From a virus, in UHGV virus genome UHGV-0155081: a stretch of DNA of 42,128 nt. One strand, given 5' to 3'. A program made the translations under genes and the position numbers. Numbering within the stretch: position 1 is the stretch's first letter; each line of letters begins with the position of its first letter. Shown piece after piece: positions 42,079 to 42,128 of the stretch. The notes below the pieces were generated by a model. The model was given only the letters and a program-made list of their open reading frames with translations, did no database searches and was not told where the DNA came from.

Positions 42079-42128
42079 TGTACAACCTCTATTGTTAGCA
42101 ATGTTTATTGGTATTCAAAAATAAGGCG

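Overview
The window is the left ~39 kb of a mosaic P22-like/lambdoid prophage inserted immediately upstream of the E. coli sensor-kinase gene torS (50..2794, minus strand); the window ends before the right phage-host junction. Gene order is textbook: lambda-type int/xis, an accessory ea-like block, ssb-erf recombination genes, N with nutL, the cI/cro/cII immunity region, an O-like initiator with internal iterons plus a DnaB-like helicase, a lambda-like nin region (ninB-C-D-E-F, rusA, ninH), a Q-like antiterminator, two tRNA-like genes, a phage-21-type lysis cassette (pinholin, SAR endolysin, Rz with embedded Rz1), a P22/Sf6-like head and ejection module, an immI-like mnt/arc/ant region and an 881-aa tailspike. 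The most unusual element is at the far right: a low-GC family-2 glycosyltransferase gene convergent to the tailspike whose 5' end carries a perfect 19-unit tetranucleotide tract (TGGC on the + strand, 41847..41922). The tract separates a well-initiated 52-codon leader from the glycosyltransferase body in a different frame, so it looks like a slipped-strand phase-variation switch, currently OFF. Other points of interest are an operator-guarded gene of unknown function in the sieA position, a membrane protein in the rexB position next to cI, and an extra zinc-ribbon ORF between arc and ant. All homology calls are from memory of protein families and synteny; no database search was run.
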